A DNA stretch of 64,000 nucleotides from Callorhinchus milii. Lineage: Eukaryota. Every line of letters begins with the position of its first letter. Within the stretch, counting starts at the first letter, position 1. The notes beneath the pieces were generated by a model. That model was not told the origin of the DNA. It made no database searches and saw nothing but the letters and a program-made list of their open reading frames with translations. The stretch lies in contig NW_024704751.1 of NCBI RefSeq assembly GCF_018977255.1, positions 9,362,001 through 9,426,000 of the forward strand. Reading direction: 5' to 3'. Both the position numbers and the translations under genes were made by a program. Positions 40,926 through 54,500 of the stretch are shown piece after piece.

Positions 40926-43254
40926 TTCTTTGATCATGCTTTTGGATACCTCCCACTCCATTACTCTCGATTCCAAACCCCAGCTTGGATGCAAACCCTT
41001 TGATGTTGATTGGTTTTGTGTAAAACTCACTGGGAAGGTAATAACATTTTCAAACTGACGTTGAGTTTGTGCATGTCTTTTGTCTTGAAACGCAACGTTA
41101 AGACAGTTTTATATGGGGCTACATTTTCATACAAATTCTTAGTGCTGAGGTGTCATTCTCAAAATTCCTTTGACACCCAGCTAAAGACACAGGACTACAA
41201 TTGCATTATGGATGAAAGGGATGAGAATCTAAATGGGTGTGATCACAAGATTCATTTGGATTAATCTCTTAATTAAAATCCCTTAATCTCTTCCCATATT
41301 CCACCCTTCAGTTCTCCCTTCACATTGAAGGTCCATTGGACTCTAGGGGGAGCTGTTCATTTTAATTACAATGGCGATGCAACTTCATGCGTTAAAAAAT
41401 AACACAACACGTGGAAATAAACAAAGGAAATTCACTGGATCTTCTTCCCCCATCCCCTGGGACAGAAAAGCATAATTGTGGAAGTGTGAAGTTAGCATTT
41501 TGATTACTGCTTTGCTGGCACTCCAGAAGATTGATTGTTCATTTCTTCAAAATCCAGAAAGGCTTTACTGATTCGAATTGCTAGTGTAAGACCTACTGAT
41601 GTCAAGAGATGAAACTTCTAGCAGAGTGAAAAGCAAGTATGGTTAATTTTACTGAGTTGGAGAGAGTAATACATTCAGCTGTGTATGTATCGCAGCACTA
41701 TATATTTACTGAAATATACTGCAGTGAGCAGACTTGATTTTTTCAAAAAAAAACCAGCAATGCTTCCGTGAAGCGCTCTGAGACATCTTGAAGACGTGAG
41801 AAGGCGCTATTCAAGTATTATTGACTCATTTTTCTTCAGTGGCCATTGAAAAGATTACCTTCTCATTTAACGGATGAATGATTGAACTACATCACAAATG
41901 GCAATCACTTAACGATTGAATTTATATTTTACCTTTGCAGGAGCCTTCACTTTAAACGAAAGTCAAAATACTCATCCCGAATTCCACGCTACTGTTCTCC
42001 CTTCACATTGACTCCAGGGGGCACTGTTCATTTTAATTACAATTGCAATGCAACTTCATGTTAAAAATAACATCAGAACGGGCAAAAAGTTGTCGAACTG
42101 AAATGTTAACGTTTTCATAGATGCTGCCTGGCCTGCTGAGTGTTCACACTGACCTGTTCTTGTTTCCCTTTATACTTGCCTGTCCGATAGGCAATCTCGG
42201 AAACCAGGACCGAGGAGCCATACAACGCACATTCTTCAATGGCGGTGTGACGATTTGGGTGAGCTGTTGCTAAGGAAACTTGCAAGAAAGTAGTTGGTGT
42301 CCAGAGGTTGCTCCTGGAAGGCTGAATTGTGTGATACGAAGATATTCTTCGATGCCTTGGCTGCATCTGGAAGCAAGCACACTCACAAGATTAGTTCAGA
42401 TGAAGGAGGCCCTTCAGTCCATCTGCTCTCCTAAAATGAACAAAACGACCAGCCAAGTGCCTGATGTGTGGAAACCCATCACTATGCTTAAAAGAGTTCC
42501 ATGCATTTCACCTACACGCGAAAACTATTCTATCTGGAATGGAATGTGTACTCGGAAGGATGTTTCCCTACTTACCTAATGCTTATCTAATTCCAAAATA
42601 AGATTGCACATCTACAGGAAGGTTAATTTTAAACCTAGAATTCCCGCTGGTTGTCTGTTCCTGAAACATTTAATATCCCATTGGCTTTAATTTCGGAGAT
42701 GCTAGCATTTTGAATTACAAATGTTTGAAGGTTGGCTCAGATGACGGCAGTAATTCACATTTCAGCAAGATCTCCGAGTTGTTGCTGTACTGAGCAGGGA
42801 TTGCTGAGACTCTTGAGAAGTACTCCATGCATGCATGCAGTAATAGCCCGCAGGCCGAAAGTGACTCACAGAGCCGTCAAGAAGCGCCCCCTCGAACATT
42901 CGCATGAGATCAGTGAGTCTGTGTTTTGATGTGTTTTGAGTGTGTGTTTTCAGTTTTTTCTTGATTGAATATTTAAAACCACGACTATTTGTGGGACCCC
43001 TGCTGTGGCAATTGGCTGCCGAGTTTTGCCCACAGGTACAGTCAATCCACGTTACAATATATTTCGTGAAGCGCTTTGAGACGTCTTGATTTATGGCATG
43101 AAATCAATAAATAATCGAGACAATTTGTTTTGTTGGCCATCCATAAAGGTTGGCCACAAAAGTTGTACGCCACTGCTGTAAATAAAAGATTTCTTCAATG
43201 TAAAAGTACTTTCAGATAGTCAACAAATACAGCATTTAGGCAGCTCAAAGCACA

Positions 43255-43362
43255 AAAAAGATGTTCTGACGAAGGGTCGTGGACCCGAAACGTTGACTCA
43301 CTTTACTTTCTCCATAGATGCTGCCTGAACTGCTGAGTGTTCCCAGCGACTTCTGTTTTTGT
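43255..43362 (+). mobile_element. Penelope-type short repeat carrying a minimal hammerhead ribozyme; degenerate copies at about 42075-42160 (+) and 56375-56472 (-)
   Basis: CTGACGA-AGGGTC-GTG-GACCC-GAAAC-GTT core followed by ATAGATGCTGCCTGA.CTGCTGAGTGTTC, a block shared by all three copies. Confidence 0.65.
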
Positions 43363-43806
43363 TATAAAAAAGGTGTATCGATCAGGTGCCTATGCAGCAA
43401 TTAATTTCAAAGTATACTGAAGCCAAGATTAAAATTATGGTTACATTTGGCCAGGTTCCAAACCTCTACATAATGCACTGCATAAAAGTTCTCGTCGAGA
43501 AATAGTCTGCAGTTCTTTTCTAAGTAAGCAACCTGCAGTATTTCCTGTTTGCATAACAGAGGTTTGACATAATACACTTTCTGGAGTTCTGTAGCTTAGT
43601 GGTTAGAGCGCTCGAGAGACCTGGGTTCTATTCCCGGCAGGGAAACGCTTTAAGACATCTAGAAGGCGTGAAAAGCGCTATATCAGACGCAAGGATTATT
43701 ATTATTCTGTCCAATTTAAATTGGAATACTTATTTTACCAATGAGGGAAAGGAGGGTGGAAGTAAGAGGTGAGTGGGGTAAATTGCTTTGTAGGAGACTG
43801 GTCATA

Positions 43807-44110
43807 TAATAATAATAATCCTTGCATTTGATATAGTGCTTTTTCACGTCTTCTCGACGTCTCAAAGCGCTTCACAGAATAGCCTGTAAAGTGAATTGGC
43901 TGTATATTTGTGGGTGAAATGCGGTAGCCAGTTTCGCACAGCAATGTTCCACAAACAGTCGTGGATTGAAATGAGCAGTTTTTTTATTATTTTTTTCTTG
44001 AGGGATTATTATCAGGTGTGTGGAGTAAGGAAATTTGCCCAAAGTTTCACCCTCCGGGAATCGAACTCAGGTCTCTCGCACGTGCTCTAACCACTGAGCT
44101 ACAGGACTCC
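43807..44110 (-). mobile_element. tRNA-derived SINE, short subtype, full length
   Basis: Reverse complement of the family consensus, from the (AAT)n tail to ACAGGACTCC. Confidence 0.9.
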
Positions 44111-45581
44111 ACAAACAAGCAGCCATAAAGTGAATGATTGACTATTTTATTTGGGCGGGTTATTGGCCAGGACACAGGGAGAAACTCCCTTCTCTATTTG
44201 AATACCACCTGGATAAGCAGCCGGACAGCAATATCAATGGGAAGCTATGTGGTTTTAGCTGGTTAGACTCCCAGCAGTACCCCAACGCGCATTCTGGGGT
44301 TCCCAAGCCCTGCCTCGTGCCAAGCTGCGCCTAATACGTTTCCGGAATTAGGTAAGCAGGAAGCATCCTTCCAGAGAGAGAGAGAGAGAGCACATTCCAT
44401 TCCAACAATCTATCTCTGGGATTTCCATGTGGAGGTCGGATGCACGAAATTCTCAGTTTGATTTGGATACAGTGATGGGTTTACGCATGTGTCGGATACC
44501 TGGCTGACCAAGAAAAAGAGTTCACAATGGGATAGTCTTTCCAAGGTCTGTGGAACAAGGGGATGTGTGTGTGGAAAAGGGCGTGATGAGCTGAATTGTT
44601 AAGGTTTTTTTAAACTTTTTATTTTCTACTAGTATCGGCTCATTTAGTTTATAATTATCATTTAACTAAATTCATCAAAGCTCAGTACTGTGTTTCCCAG
44701 ATTGGCCTCACTTTTATTGAACAATGTGACCTACATTACATAAAGCCTACGCTGAAGCCCAAAGTAACTGCTGTCTGCAGATGTTTGTGGTTTTGAAATG
44801 TTATCTCATGTCTGCACTGTTTTTATAATGGGGTTTGAGCGCCGCTGAGACATTTTGAGGAAACGTTAAATTTGTCTCAAGGCTGCAATTTACAACGGAT
44901 TTTTTTGCTGAAAGCATTTATAAATGTATCACACAGTTTTCAATATCTCACATTCTGCAGTCGACAGTGTGGTTTGTACTGGCACTATGCCAGTTCTATG
45001 CCAATGACTTGCCGTCTGTCGATTGCAATGACTTGTCATCTGTCTGGAGACAACGTTCTTTCAGCTTTCTTCACTGAAGAATCCGTGATGGCTCCCTGAT
45101 AGCTGCCTGTGCAGAACATGAAACAACTTTGTAAACCAGCGAAGACACCATATTCACAGCTTCGTGGAAAGTACAGCTCAGAAACAGGGCATTCGGCCCA
45201 TCCAGTCCGGTCGTTGTTTATACTCCACACAAGTGTCCATCCTAGATCCTATCTCTAGTTCCTTGTCTCTCCGATCTCCTCATGCCGACCTGCTCAAATG
45301 GCACCTGGCCCTCAGCAGCCAACTGATTTGAGCCAACGTCAATCATGACGTTTTTCTATTTTATTTACGTAATACACGTTTCATGTGACTAAAACCACAT
45401 CCTCGTTGAAAATTGTTATCTGAAAAAAAAGAAACAATGTGTGTCTGCTGAGCTGTACGAACAGACTAACACATGGTCTGATATCTGTTTTACTGGAGGA
45501 TCACTTTTCTTAAACTTGAACGCTATAAGGAATAAGTCTCGTGTGTCGTTCTCGGATGTTTTGCAGATTAAATTGAAAAAA

Positions 45582-48500
45582 ATGATCTCACTCCTACTTC
45601 TGTGGCTGGGTAGGTACATTTTGATTTCTTTGTATCCACATGTTCACAAGAAGACCAATAATAATAATCCTTGCATTTGATATAGCGCCTGATCACGTCT
45701 TCAAGACGTCTTAAAGCGCTTCACAGAATATCTTATAAAGTGGATTGACTGTAATTTGTGGGCTAAACATTATGACGTTATGTGATGCTTACAGGCAGCT
45801 GTGTAAAGCAAATTTTATTCTAGATTACTGCATATGGAAATGGCATACCTGAGCAGAGCTATTGTTTTCTGAGTTATCTCACAGAGCAAACAATTCAGTG
45901 ACTTAATTTAGATCGTTTTGTAATTGTGACTAACCCCAAGGTGAGATTTGGCAACAGAATGGCAGAATCAAGCGGTCTCTGCGACGGTTTTAGTAATCCA
46001 GTTCCTGAGCCAGGCAAGTCCGCAGTACTCTCGAGCCCAGCCTGACTGATCGGTAGTACTTGGAAGGGCAAACCAATTACTGGGGGCAGGAAATCCTCTC
46101 ACTCAACTCCTGTCAACCCTGCAAACCAAAGCCCTATTTGGTAGAGTGATCCAAGCTGGACCGGCAATAGGAAGCTTGACAGTCAGTGCTTTCGGTGGCA
46201 AGCTGTGCGATTTTAGCTGGTTAGAGTCCAGCACTACCCCAACCACGCATTGAGGTCTCCAAGCCTTGGTTCTTGCCAACCTGCGCCAAATACTTTCTGG
46301 AATTAACTAAGCAGGGCGGGTCCCGCCAGGGAGCCATTCCATTCCAATAAACGTCCCTGGAATTTCAATGCGTAGGTGGGATGCATGGGATGACTCCCAG
46401 TCTGGTTTCGAAACTCTTAAGCATGGTGGTGGGTTTCCATATATGTTTGACGCCCATAAAAAATCCTGATTGTTAAGAATTAGTCTGTTTTATCTATGAG
46501 TTTAAGGGTTTACATTGCTCTTAAATGATTTTTAAAAGTACTGTCTTCTCTTGTTGTGAAGTCCTGTAGCTCAGTGGTTAGAGCACTCGCTTTGCAAGCG
46601 AGAGACCTGGTTTCAATTCCCGGCAGGATGAAACTTTGGGCAAATTTCCTTACTCCACATCCTGATAATAATCCCTCAAAAAAAATAATGAAATTGGTCA
46701 CTTCAATCCACGACTATTTGTGGGGCACTGCTGTGCACAATTGGCTGCCGCGTTTCACCCACAAATATACAATCAATTCACTTTACAGTCTATTCTGAGA
46801 AACGCTTTGAGATAACTAGAAGGTGTGAAACGGGCTATATCAAATGCAAGGATTATTATTATTATTATTGCTGTTCACTTTGATTTCAACTGGAATATTG
46901 GAATATCCAATGCACTTTTATTATCTAAATTACATCTCATACAGTTGCAAAAATACTTTTCGATATTATACGTAGAATTATATAGAATAAACGGTACAGA
47001 AACAGGCCATTCGGCCCAACTGGTCTATGTTGGCATTTATGCTCCACGTGAGCCTTCTCCTCTTCCTTAACTAAGCCTAACCTTCCGTTCCTTTCTCCCT
47101 CATGTACTTATCTAGCTTCCCATTAAATGCATCTATGCTATTCGCCTCAATTACTTGTGATAGCAAGTTCCACATTCCCACCACTCTCTGGCCTTATTCC
47201 TATGTTGATTTTTCTTTTGTTATTTATGTCTGTAGAATATCTTACTATTTCTTTTTATATTCCTTGATAATTTAATTTCATACTTCCTGTTTGCCTTCCT
47301 AATTGTTTTTCCTTTCCTAAACGCTTCGTATTTTTTTTGTCATGTTGTTGTTTATGTACTTAGTGAACGCCTCTTTTCTCAGTCTTAACTTTGATGGAAA
47401 AAAGTGTGTGGAAGAAAAACATTCTCGTCCCCAATCTATTACCGTGGTCTTTGTCATATTCAAGTTCTTCTCAATCTTTATCTTAAACCTTATTAAGTTA
47501 CGATCGCTATTGCCTAGATGTTCCCCTACCCTTCTCTTATCTGCTCAGGTTAATTATTAAATCCGGCAGGGATTCCTCCCTTCTTACATGCTAGGTAATA
47601 CATATTGTAAAATGTGCTAGCTGCAAAAAAAANTCTACTGCAGCCTCTACAAAGAGAGAGGAGTTGATTTTCTGCTAATTTTACTGATCTTTGGTGGTTT
47701 GAAAGCTTCAGTTCTTCCACTGTTTAGTAAAATGACTTATTTTTAAAAATTATTTTTTCAGAGGAACCGATATGATTGAAAAATAAATGTAAATTGTACT
47801 GTATCAGAATGCCGCGATAATTGTGAACATCAGGCGTTAACATTTCTGTATTAATGTCCCCAAAAAACAGGAAATTCTGATTATTGCCTTACATGGCAGT
47901 TGCTCTTAAAGTTTAATGAAACCAGACTTCAGAGGAAGCAGAAATTACTTTTGCAAACTTAACCTCATTAACCTCAAACACCAACGCGTCAGCTTATATT
48001 ATTCGTGTTGTGGCTTTGTGCAGACAGCAAAACCTGCTTTGTCTCGTAAGTAAGCTTGTCTGATTGGTGGTGGGATCCATCTTAGTTTGGGTCATATCAG
48101 CACGACAATTAAAATGGGCTTATGATTGTGAGCTCCTGAAAGGGTGATGGAAGCAGATTCGATAATAGCTTTCAAAAGGGAATTAGATAGGTACTTGAAA
48201 AGGAAGATTTTGTAGGGCTATGGGGTAAGAGCGGGCGAGCGGGACTAGTTGGTAGCTCTTTCAAAGAGCATGCACAGACATCATGGGCTGACTGGCCTCC
48301 TTCTCTGCTGTAAAATTCTATGATTGTATGATTCTATGAAAGCTTGAAATAAGAAGAGGCTTTTCAGCTCACTCCACAGGTGATGCAAGAATCACCCTAT
48401 CGTGCTCCATCCTAGATACTCCGATCACCTTGGGAAAATTATACCTAAGTAATTCCCTGAATTAAAGGCTATCAGGCAAAAAATACAGAATATTGATCTA

Positions 48501-51500
48501 TTTCTAAATCTTCACTAGTTAGCCATGTTTTGTTTCCCTTCAAAGACACATTCCCCAGATTTCAGCTGCACAGAAAGCATTATGTCTTGTGTATTATTTA
48601 AGTCATCTACCATGTTTCGCCCACAAAACACGCAGTCAATTCCCTTTACAGTATATTTTGCGAAATGCTTTGAGACGTCTCAAAGATGTGATAAAGCGCT
48701 TTATCAAATACAAGGATTATTATTATCTCAGTTTGCATATAACTTTAATAGGATCTGAAGTCCAGATCCCTTGTTCATTGATTCTGCCACTCAAGATCAA
48801 AACAGTCTGTCATTCTGTGGTTTATTCCACTATATTGAAATATAGTTTCACAGCAGCTGGAAGCCTATACAGTAGTCTGTCAAAGTAGCGTCCACGTAAA
48901 ACAGTCAGGTACAAGATACTTAGATGTGGGATATTTCTCTCTATTCTCTCATTTCAGCCTCTCTACCCCCACACTCTGGAACTCCACCCCATGCCTCGCT
49001 TCCTCCCTTGCCTCCTTCAAGGCCAGTCTCAAAACCCTTCTCTTCGACTGTGCCTTTGGTCTTCCCCCCGACTTCTCTGCCTTCCCTCACCCCTAACCCG
49101 ACACTTGACTGTTCAGCGTTTTGGGACGTCCTCCCGACGTGAAAGATGCTGTGTAAATGTAATTTTGTTGTTGCGTTTGTGTACTGTTGCACCTGTTCTT
49201 TAAGATCTATTTAGGGTCAGGCTCACAGACAGCATCTGTGTGGCTTAGTTAGTTTGGTGCTAGTTTTAAGGAAGATCTGAGAATTAATGTTCACGGTGTG
49301 AATTTGCACATGGAAAATGTCTGACCTGTATATTGCATCACTAAATATCTGACTTGGTAAAATAATGTGTACCCAGTGTGCAGACCTGTTAATTCTTCAG
49401 TCAGGATCATTTAACCAAAGGCACCTGAGGACCCCTATCCCAGTAATAACAGTTGTGTGCCTGACTTCAACTTAATGTAGCCCCTACATACCTGGTTTTT
49501 AAGCACCTACCAATTTCAGTCGCACCCATGCTTATGACTCCCATGGGCCCGTACCATGTGTGATGATAACTGTAGGTACATTTATTGTGTCGTTAGCTCA
49601 GAACCAGCTGCCAATACAATCAGGATTATCCAGCTTAGTCACTTGTCGTGGGAAAAGAAAAATATTACTAATGTCTCAGGCTGCAACACAATGAACAAAT
49701 TAGTCTTTTTAATGGTTACAAATGACTCCGTGATTTACTATGAAACGTCAGAGTTGATAATAATGATGAAGTAAATGGAGATAGAAAATGTTTTAAAAAG
49801 CATCTTTCACAAAGTTTTTCTTACTCCTGAGGAGGTTTATTGAAAATTACCATTCCATCTCCTCCACAACAGATTGTGGATTTTATTTTCTTTAAAACAA
49901 GCGCTTTTTCTCTTTGGCTCTGATGAGCTTATACTCTTTCTCTCTCTCGTGCTCTGTCCCCAACTGACCGGCCTTTCCAGATTGTTCTTCCGAAAAATAA
50001 AATAAAAACAAACCAAAAATAAATCTTCCTTTCTTTCATTAATTCTATGTTTGCTTCTTACAGCCTTGAAATCATCAGACAGCTTCAACATCGATACTAA
50101 AATAAAAGCGGTCTTTGAGGGAGAGAAGACAATCTTGTTTGGACAGAATGTTCTTCAGTATAAGGAATGGTAAGCGGATTTCAAAGATTAATGTTGCTTT
50201 CCCATTTATTTTGTTTTTGGTGCTATTTTTAGTGTATAATTCACTCAGCTTATTAATGCAAAACTTGATATTTTCATCCTTAGGATTTTGATCAGCTCTC
50301 CACTCTATACGGATAACAGTAAAACGTATGGGAAAATGGGGAAGTGCAATGTGAAAACAAAAAAGTGTGATCCTTTCAACTTCAAAGGTAATCCATCAAT
50401 ACAACTTGCGTTCAGAGATTCAAAAGTTTGTCAATAATAGACAAAGCCAGATATTTCTATGCCTATATTCTGATTTCTGTTGGTATGCTTTTTGGCACAG
50501 GAAGGAACAAAGTTCAGATTTAGCATATTCCCTTAGAATATCTGAAACCAACAAATAGGAATAATAAAAATACAAGATATGGAAAAAAAAGTATGCTACA
50601 GAGTGTAAAATAATCCCTGTATTTGAAATCATGAACAATGTAATAATAATAATAATAATCCTTGCATTTGATATAGCGCTTTTCACGTCTTCTAGACGTC
50701 CCAAAGCGCTTCACAGAATATACTGTAAAGTGAATTGACTGTATATTTGTGGGCGAACGCGGCGGCCAATTGCACACAGCAGAGTCCCCACAAACAGTCG
50801 TGGATTGAAAATGACCAATTTATTATTGTTTTGTTTTTTTGGAGGGTTATTATTAATGTAAAATAGAATGTTCATAAATAATGTGTAGCATTTATAGTCG
50901 CTCCAACAAAAATACCTTTTTGTGAATTCAACGGTGGTGTTACGGGCAACGGTACCCCATGGCGAGGGGAATATTGGGTTTTTGACAGTGATGTAGGATA
51001 GAGCTCTGTTTATGTACGGATGAGATGCATTGCAATACGGCTTGCATTGATCTAAAAATTGGACAGTGACAAACTTATTTATATGCGTGCTAAAACCAAG
51101 GGGGGAAGTGAGGAAACCACTTCAGCAAATTAAACTTTAAAAATGACTTGCGTGCATAGAACAGCAAATGGATGAATCTGCAGCTCTGTGTGGTTGTCTC
51201 ATACTTTTACACTGTGGCTGTAATATAGTGGAAACAAACCGTATATAAAGTACGTGAACAGAATAGGCTTGTTTTCTTGATTCTTAAACTTAGTTAATGT
51301 GTGCTTATTGTTTTTTTCAAAAGCTGAAAATGCAAATATTAGACCCGGTATCACCACAGCTTTGGACTCCTTACGCTCAAAAGTTTTGGTAACTGTTCTA
51401 CTTTTTTCATTAAAAATATTCCAAAAATATTTCAGTACATCTTTTTTAACTTGATGCAACACAAATAAGATGCACAGTGCACTACCCACAGCTTCATTAC

Positions 51501-54500
51501 TACTTCCTTCATCCAATATGGCAGCTGTACTGAGGTTACACGCATACTATAACGTTTTAATTATATTCTAGATGTGCCGGCAATACAGGCAACAATTTAA
51601 AAGAAACACCGAAGATCTGAATGGAATCTGCACTTCCTTTTCTTCAAAGTTGGAATCAGATGGTTCTTTTGCCCCTGCAAAGTTAGGTTGGTATAAATCA
51701 GCTCAATTCTGATCTCCTTCGTACATTGATTGCGAGGCACCAAACCTGGCTCAATTGTTTGCATCCTCACCTCTGAGTCAGACGATTGTGGTTCAAGCCT
51801 CATGTCTCAGGCTGGGACACAGAGCTCATTCCTGACACTCCACTGTAGTGTTTGAGCACTGCATTATTGGAGGTGGCATTAAACAAGTCTCTGTCTGCCT
51901 GTTCAACTGGACGTTAGAGATAACATGGTGGTGTTCAAAAAGGGAAGGGAATTTCTCCCGGTAAATAAGTGCATATTGCTGGAAATTAATGTTAAAATGA
52001 GTTATTCTGGTACTCATGGATTACCATTAAACCAGCTCGTACTTTGCTTCTCACTATACATTAGAATAATATAGCATTTCTCATTAACGAATATGCCATC
52101 TGTTTTAACCCACATATTACTGATACTGATGACACATGTTCACCTGAAAACAAATGTCAGGTGTGAGCACCAGAATAGTATAAATGGGCATTTTTACCCT
52201 GTTCACAGAGTCAAGGAACAGTTAAAATGAGATTAATTTGATTTATACAACAGCCCATGTCTTATTTGCTTGTACCACTGATTACTGAACTGAACAAATC
52301 TCAGCAGCTAGATTCTATATATGGTATTTTCATTGAACAGAAATCATTGAATAAAAGGTTTTTTGTGTCTTAGTTGTAGCTGAAATTGCTCGTGCAAATG
52401 GCAGCAGCAATGGCAACAACAACAACAACAACAACAATGATAACAGGGGCAAACTCTCAGGTAAGCCATTTCATAACCATTTGGAATGGGAACATTTGGG
52501 CAAGGCATTGTGACCTGGACAAGATAGGGAAATGTAAATAGGTGAATATTGGTAGAAATTAATCTTAAAATAAGATATTCTGGTACTCATAATATCTGCC
52601 CGGGTGAATACTGATTTTATTACTGTGTGTCTCAATGCGATTATCCCATAACCAGTAATGTCATCGCACAAACAAAAAAATTGCAGTCTCTACCTATTTA
52701 ATAGTCTGTACCATTTAACACTGTCCCAATCCTTATACAAGCTGGTCCCCAATATCTTTCTCCATTTCTGTCCTGTGTATTAGAGCATCAGGTTGCACAT
52801 ATTTCTTCTTAACCTGCCTGTTGTGATAATAATGATGTGCACAATCACTGCTTAAATAGATACTATCAATTGAAGGCTCCAGTGTTAAATGTAAATGTCC
52901 TGTAGCTCAGTGGTGAGAGCACTCGCCTTGCAAGCGAAAGACGTGAAAAGCGCTATGTCAAATGCAAGAATTACTATTATTATGTTATTACAATTTCAGG
53001 AAACGCAAATCAGAACAACAACAACAATAACAACGAAGAAGAAGATGGTGATGATGAATTTGTAACCTTTAACCCAGGGTTAATGTCAGGGGAAAAACTC
53101 CTCGATGTTGATTAAAACAATACATTTGAATCTTGTAAATTTACAGCTGGTTAAGTGTCTTGACAGTACCAGAGGCAAGGAATGTAAAAATGAAGCTAAA
53201 ATTAGGGTACGATTAGCTTGATGCTCACTGAACGCAGATTCCTCTTGGGAAATTAATGATTTGCACAGAATGTACATTTTTGGACAAACTTGTGGAAAAA
53301 CTTTTACATGAGGGAGATAGAGAGTTTTGGGAGGGAGTAAGCAATGGATGAAGACTTATGTAGAGTACAAACACTGACCGGTACGGATTGGTTGGGCCAA
53401 GTGACCTGTTTCCGTGATCTTTAGATCTTTTGTATCTGAGGAGCTGAACACATTGACAAACATATCAGTTCATTGTTTGTTGCCTAATTTCTTAGACCTT
53501 TTGTTGATGCTGTTTATTAAGATGGAGGAATGGAGATTGCAATCATTCTGGATGGATCTGGCAGTATTGATGCTCCTGATTTCCAAAGAGCAAAGACATT
53601 TATCATAAACATCATAACAAATATTTGGAAAGTATGCTTTGAGGTAAATGAGAAAAGTGATCTGTGCTTTGACTTCAATTTATTTCTTTATAAATGATGG
53701 AAGCAATCTATACTTTGCTTTCTATGCACAGGGGAACTCTGTTGTAATACCCTTTGCTGTAGCCGTGCATTGCTTACAGAGAAGGCCCACTGTTGACTTG
53801 CACCAACTGAAAATGTAGTAAATCCAGGTGCCGGTGCTGACGAGCTGTCTCCTCACCCTGACAATGGCTTTAGCCACTGACGTCCAAATAGTTTTAATAT
53901 ATAAAATCTACCGCAAAATATACAGTCAATTCACTTTACAGTGTATTCTGTGAAGCGCTTTGAGAAGTCTTGAAAATGTGATAAGGCGCTGTAGCAAATT
54001 CAAGGATTATTATCGTATTTCTAATAAAATCATTCGCTGATGGCTGTAACAGCTGTTGGGTGGTTGTTAGGTTTGGTTTTGAGATTTGAAAGCCAGAGCC
54101 AGCGACCAGAGGGAGAGAGATAAGATGTGAATGATGTTATATTAAAAAGATACCTAAATGGAATAGAGGGAGGGCAGAGGAATAATTTATGTTGAAACCA
54201 CTTCTTGTACTTAACTTTCTTCTCTAATGGCAACCAAGCCCAAAATTAGGGTATAGCTTTAGTACCACCACTGGCCAAACTGTTGAGTTCTGGATCACTG
54301 TGGCCCTTACCTGTCTCTGCAGACGATGATTTCTTGTTGGTAAATAGTTTAACACTCACGTAAAATAGATTCAAATTAACGTTTTTTTTTAATTTCTGTT
54401 AAAGTGTGATTTTGCACTTGTGCAATACGGTACAAAAATTGAGACCATATTTGATCTGAATGAAAGTCGTACAAACAGTTCTGGGATTTTCTCAATTGTC

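Noticed and set aside
42191-42579. Exon-like segment (AG...GTGAG, 42191-42258) and a 99-aa ORF between UBB and ITGAE
   Set aside because: No recognisable similarity to TRPV2 or any protein I know; it partly overlaps repeat remnants.
47916-48045. Alternative phase-1 first exon candidate for ITGAE (MKPDFRGSRNYF...PALS, GTAAGT donor, nearby GGAA sites)
   Set aside because: Splices in frame but encodes no hydrophobic signal peptide; 45582-45609 fits better. It cannot be excluded as a minor or non-coding exon.
53048-53078. Extension of the second X-domain exon (GDDEFVTFNPG)
   Set aside because: The downstream donors at 53061 and 53078 give phase 0 or 2, incompatible with the phase-1 acceptor at 53521; only the donor after 53047 keeps the frame.
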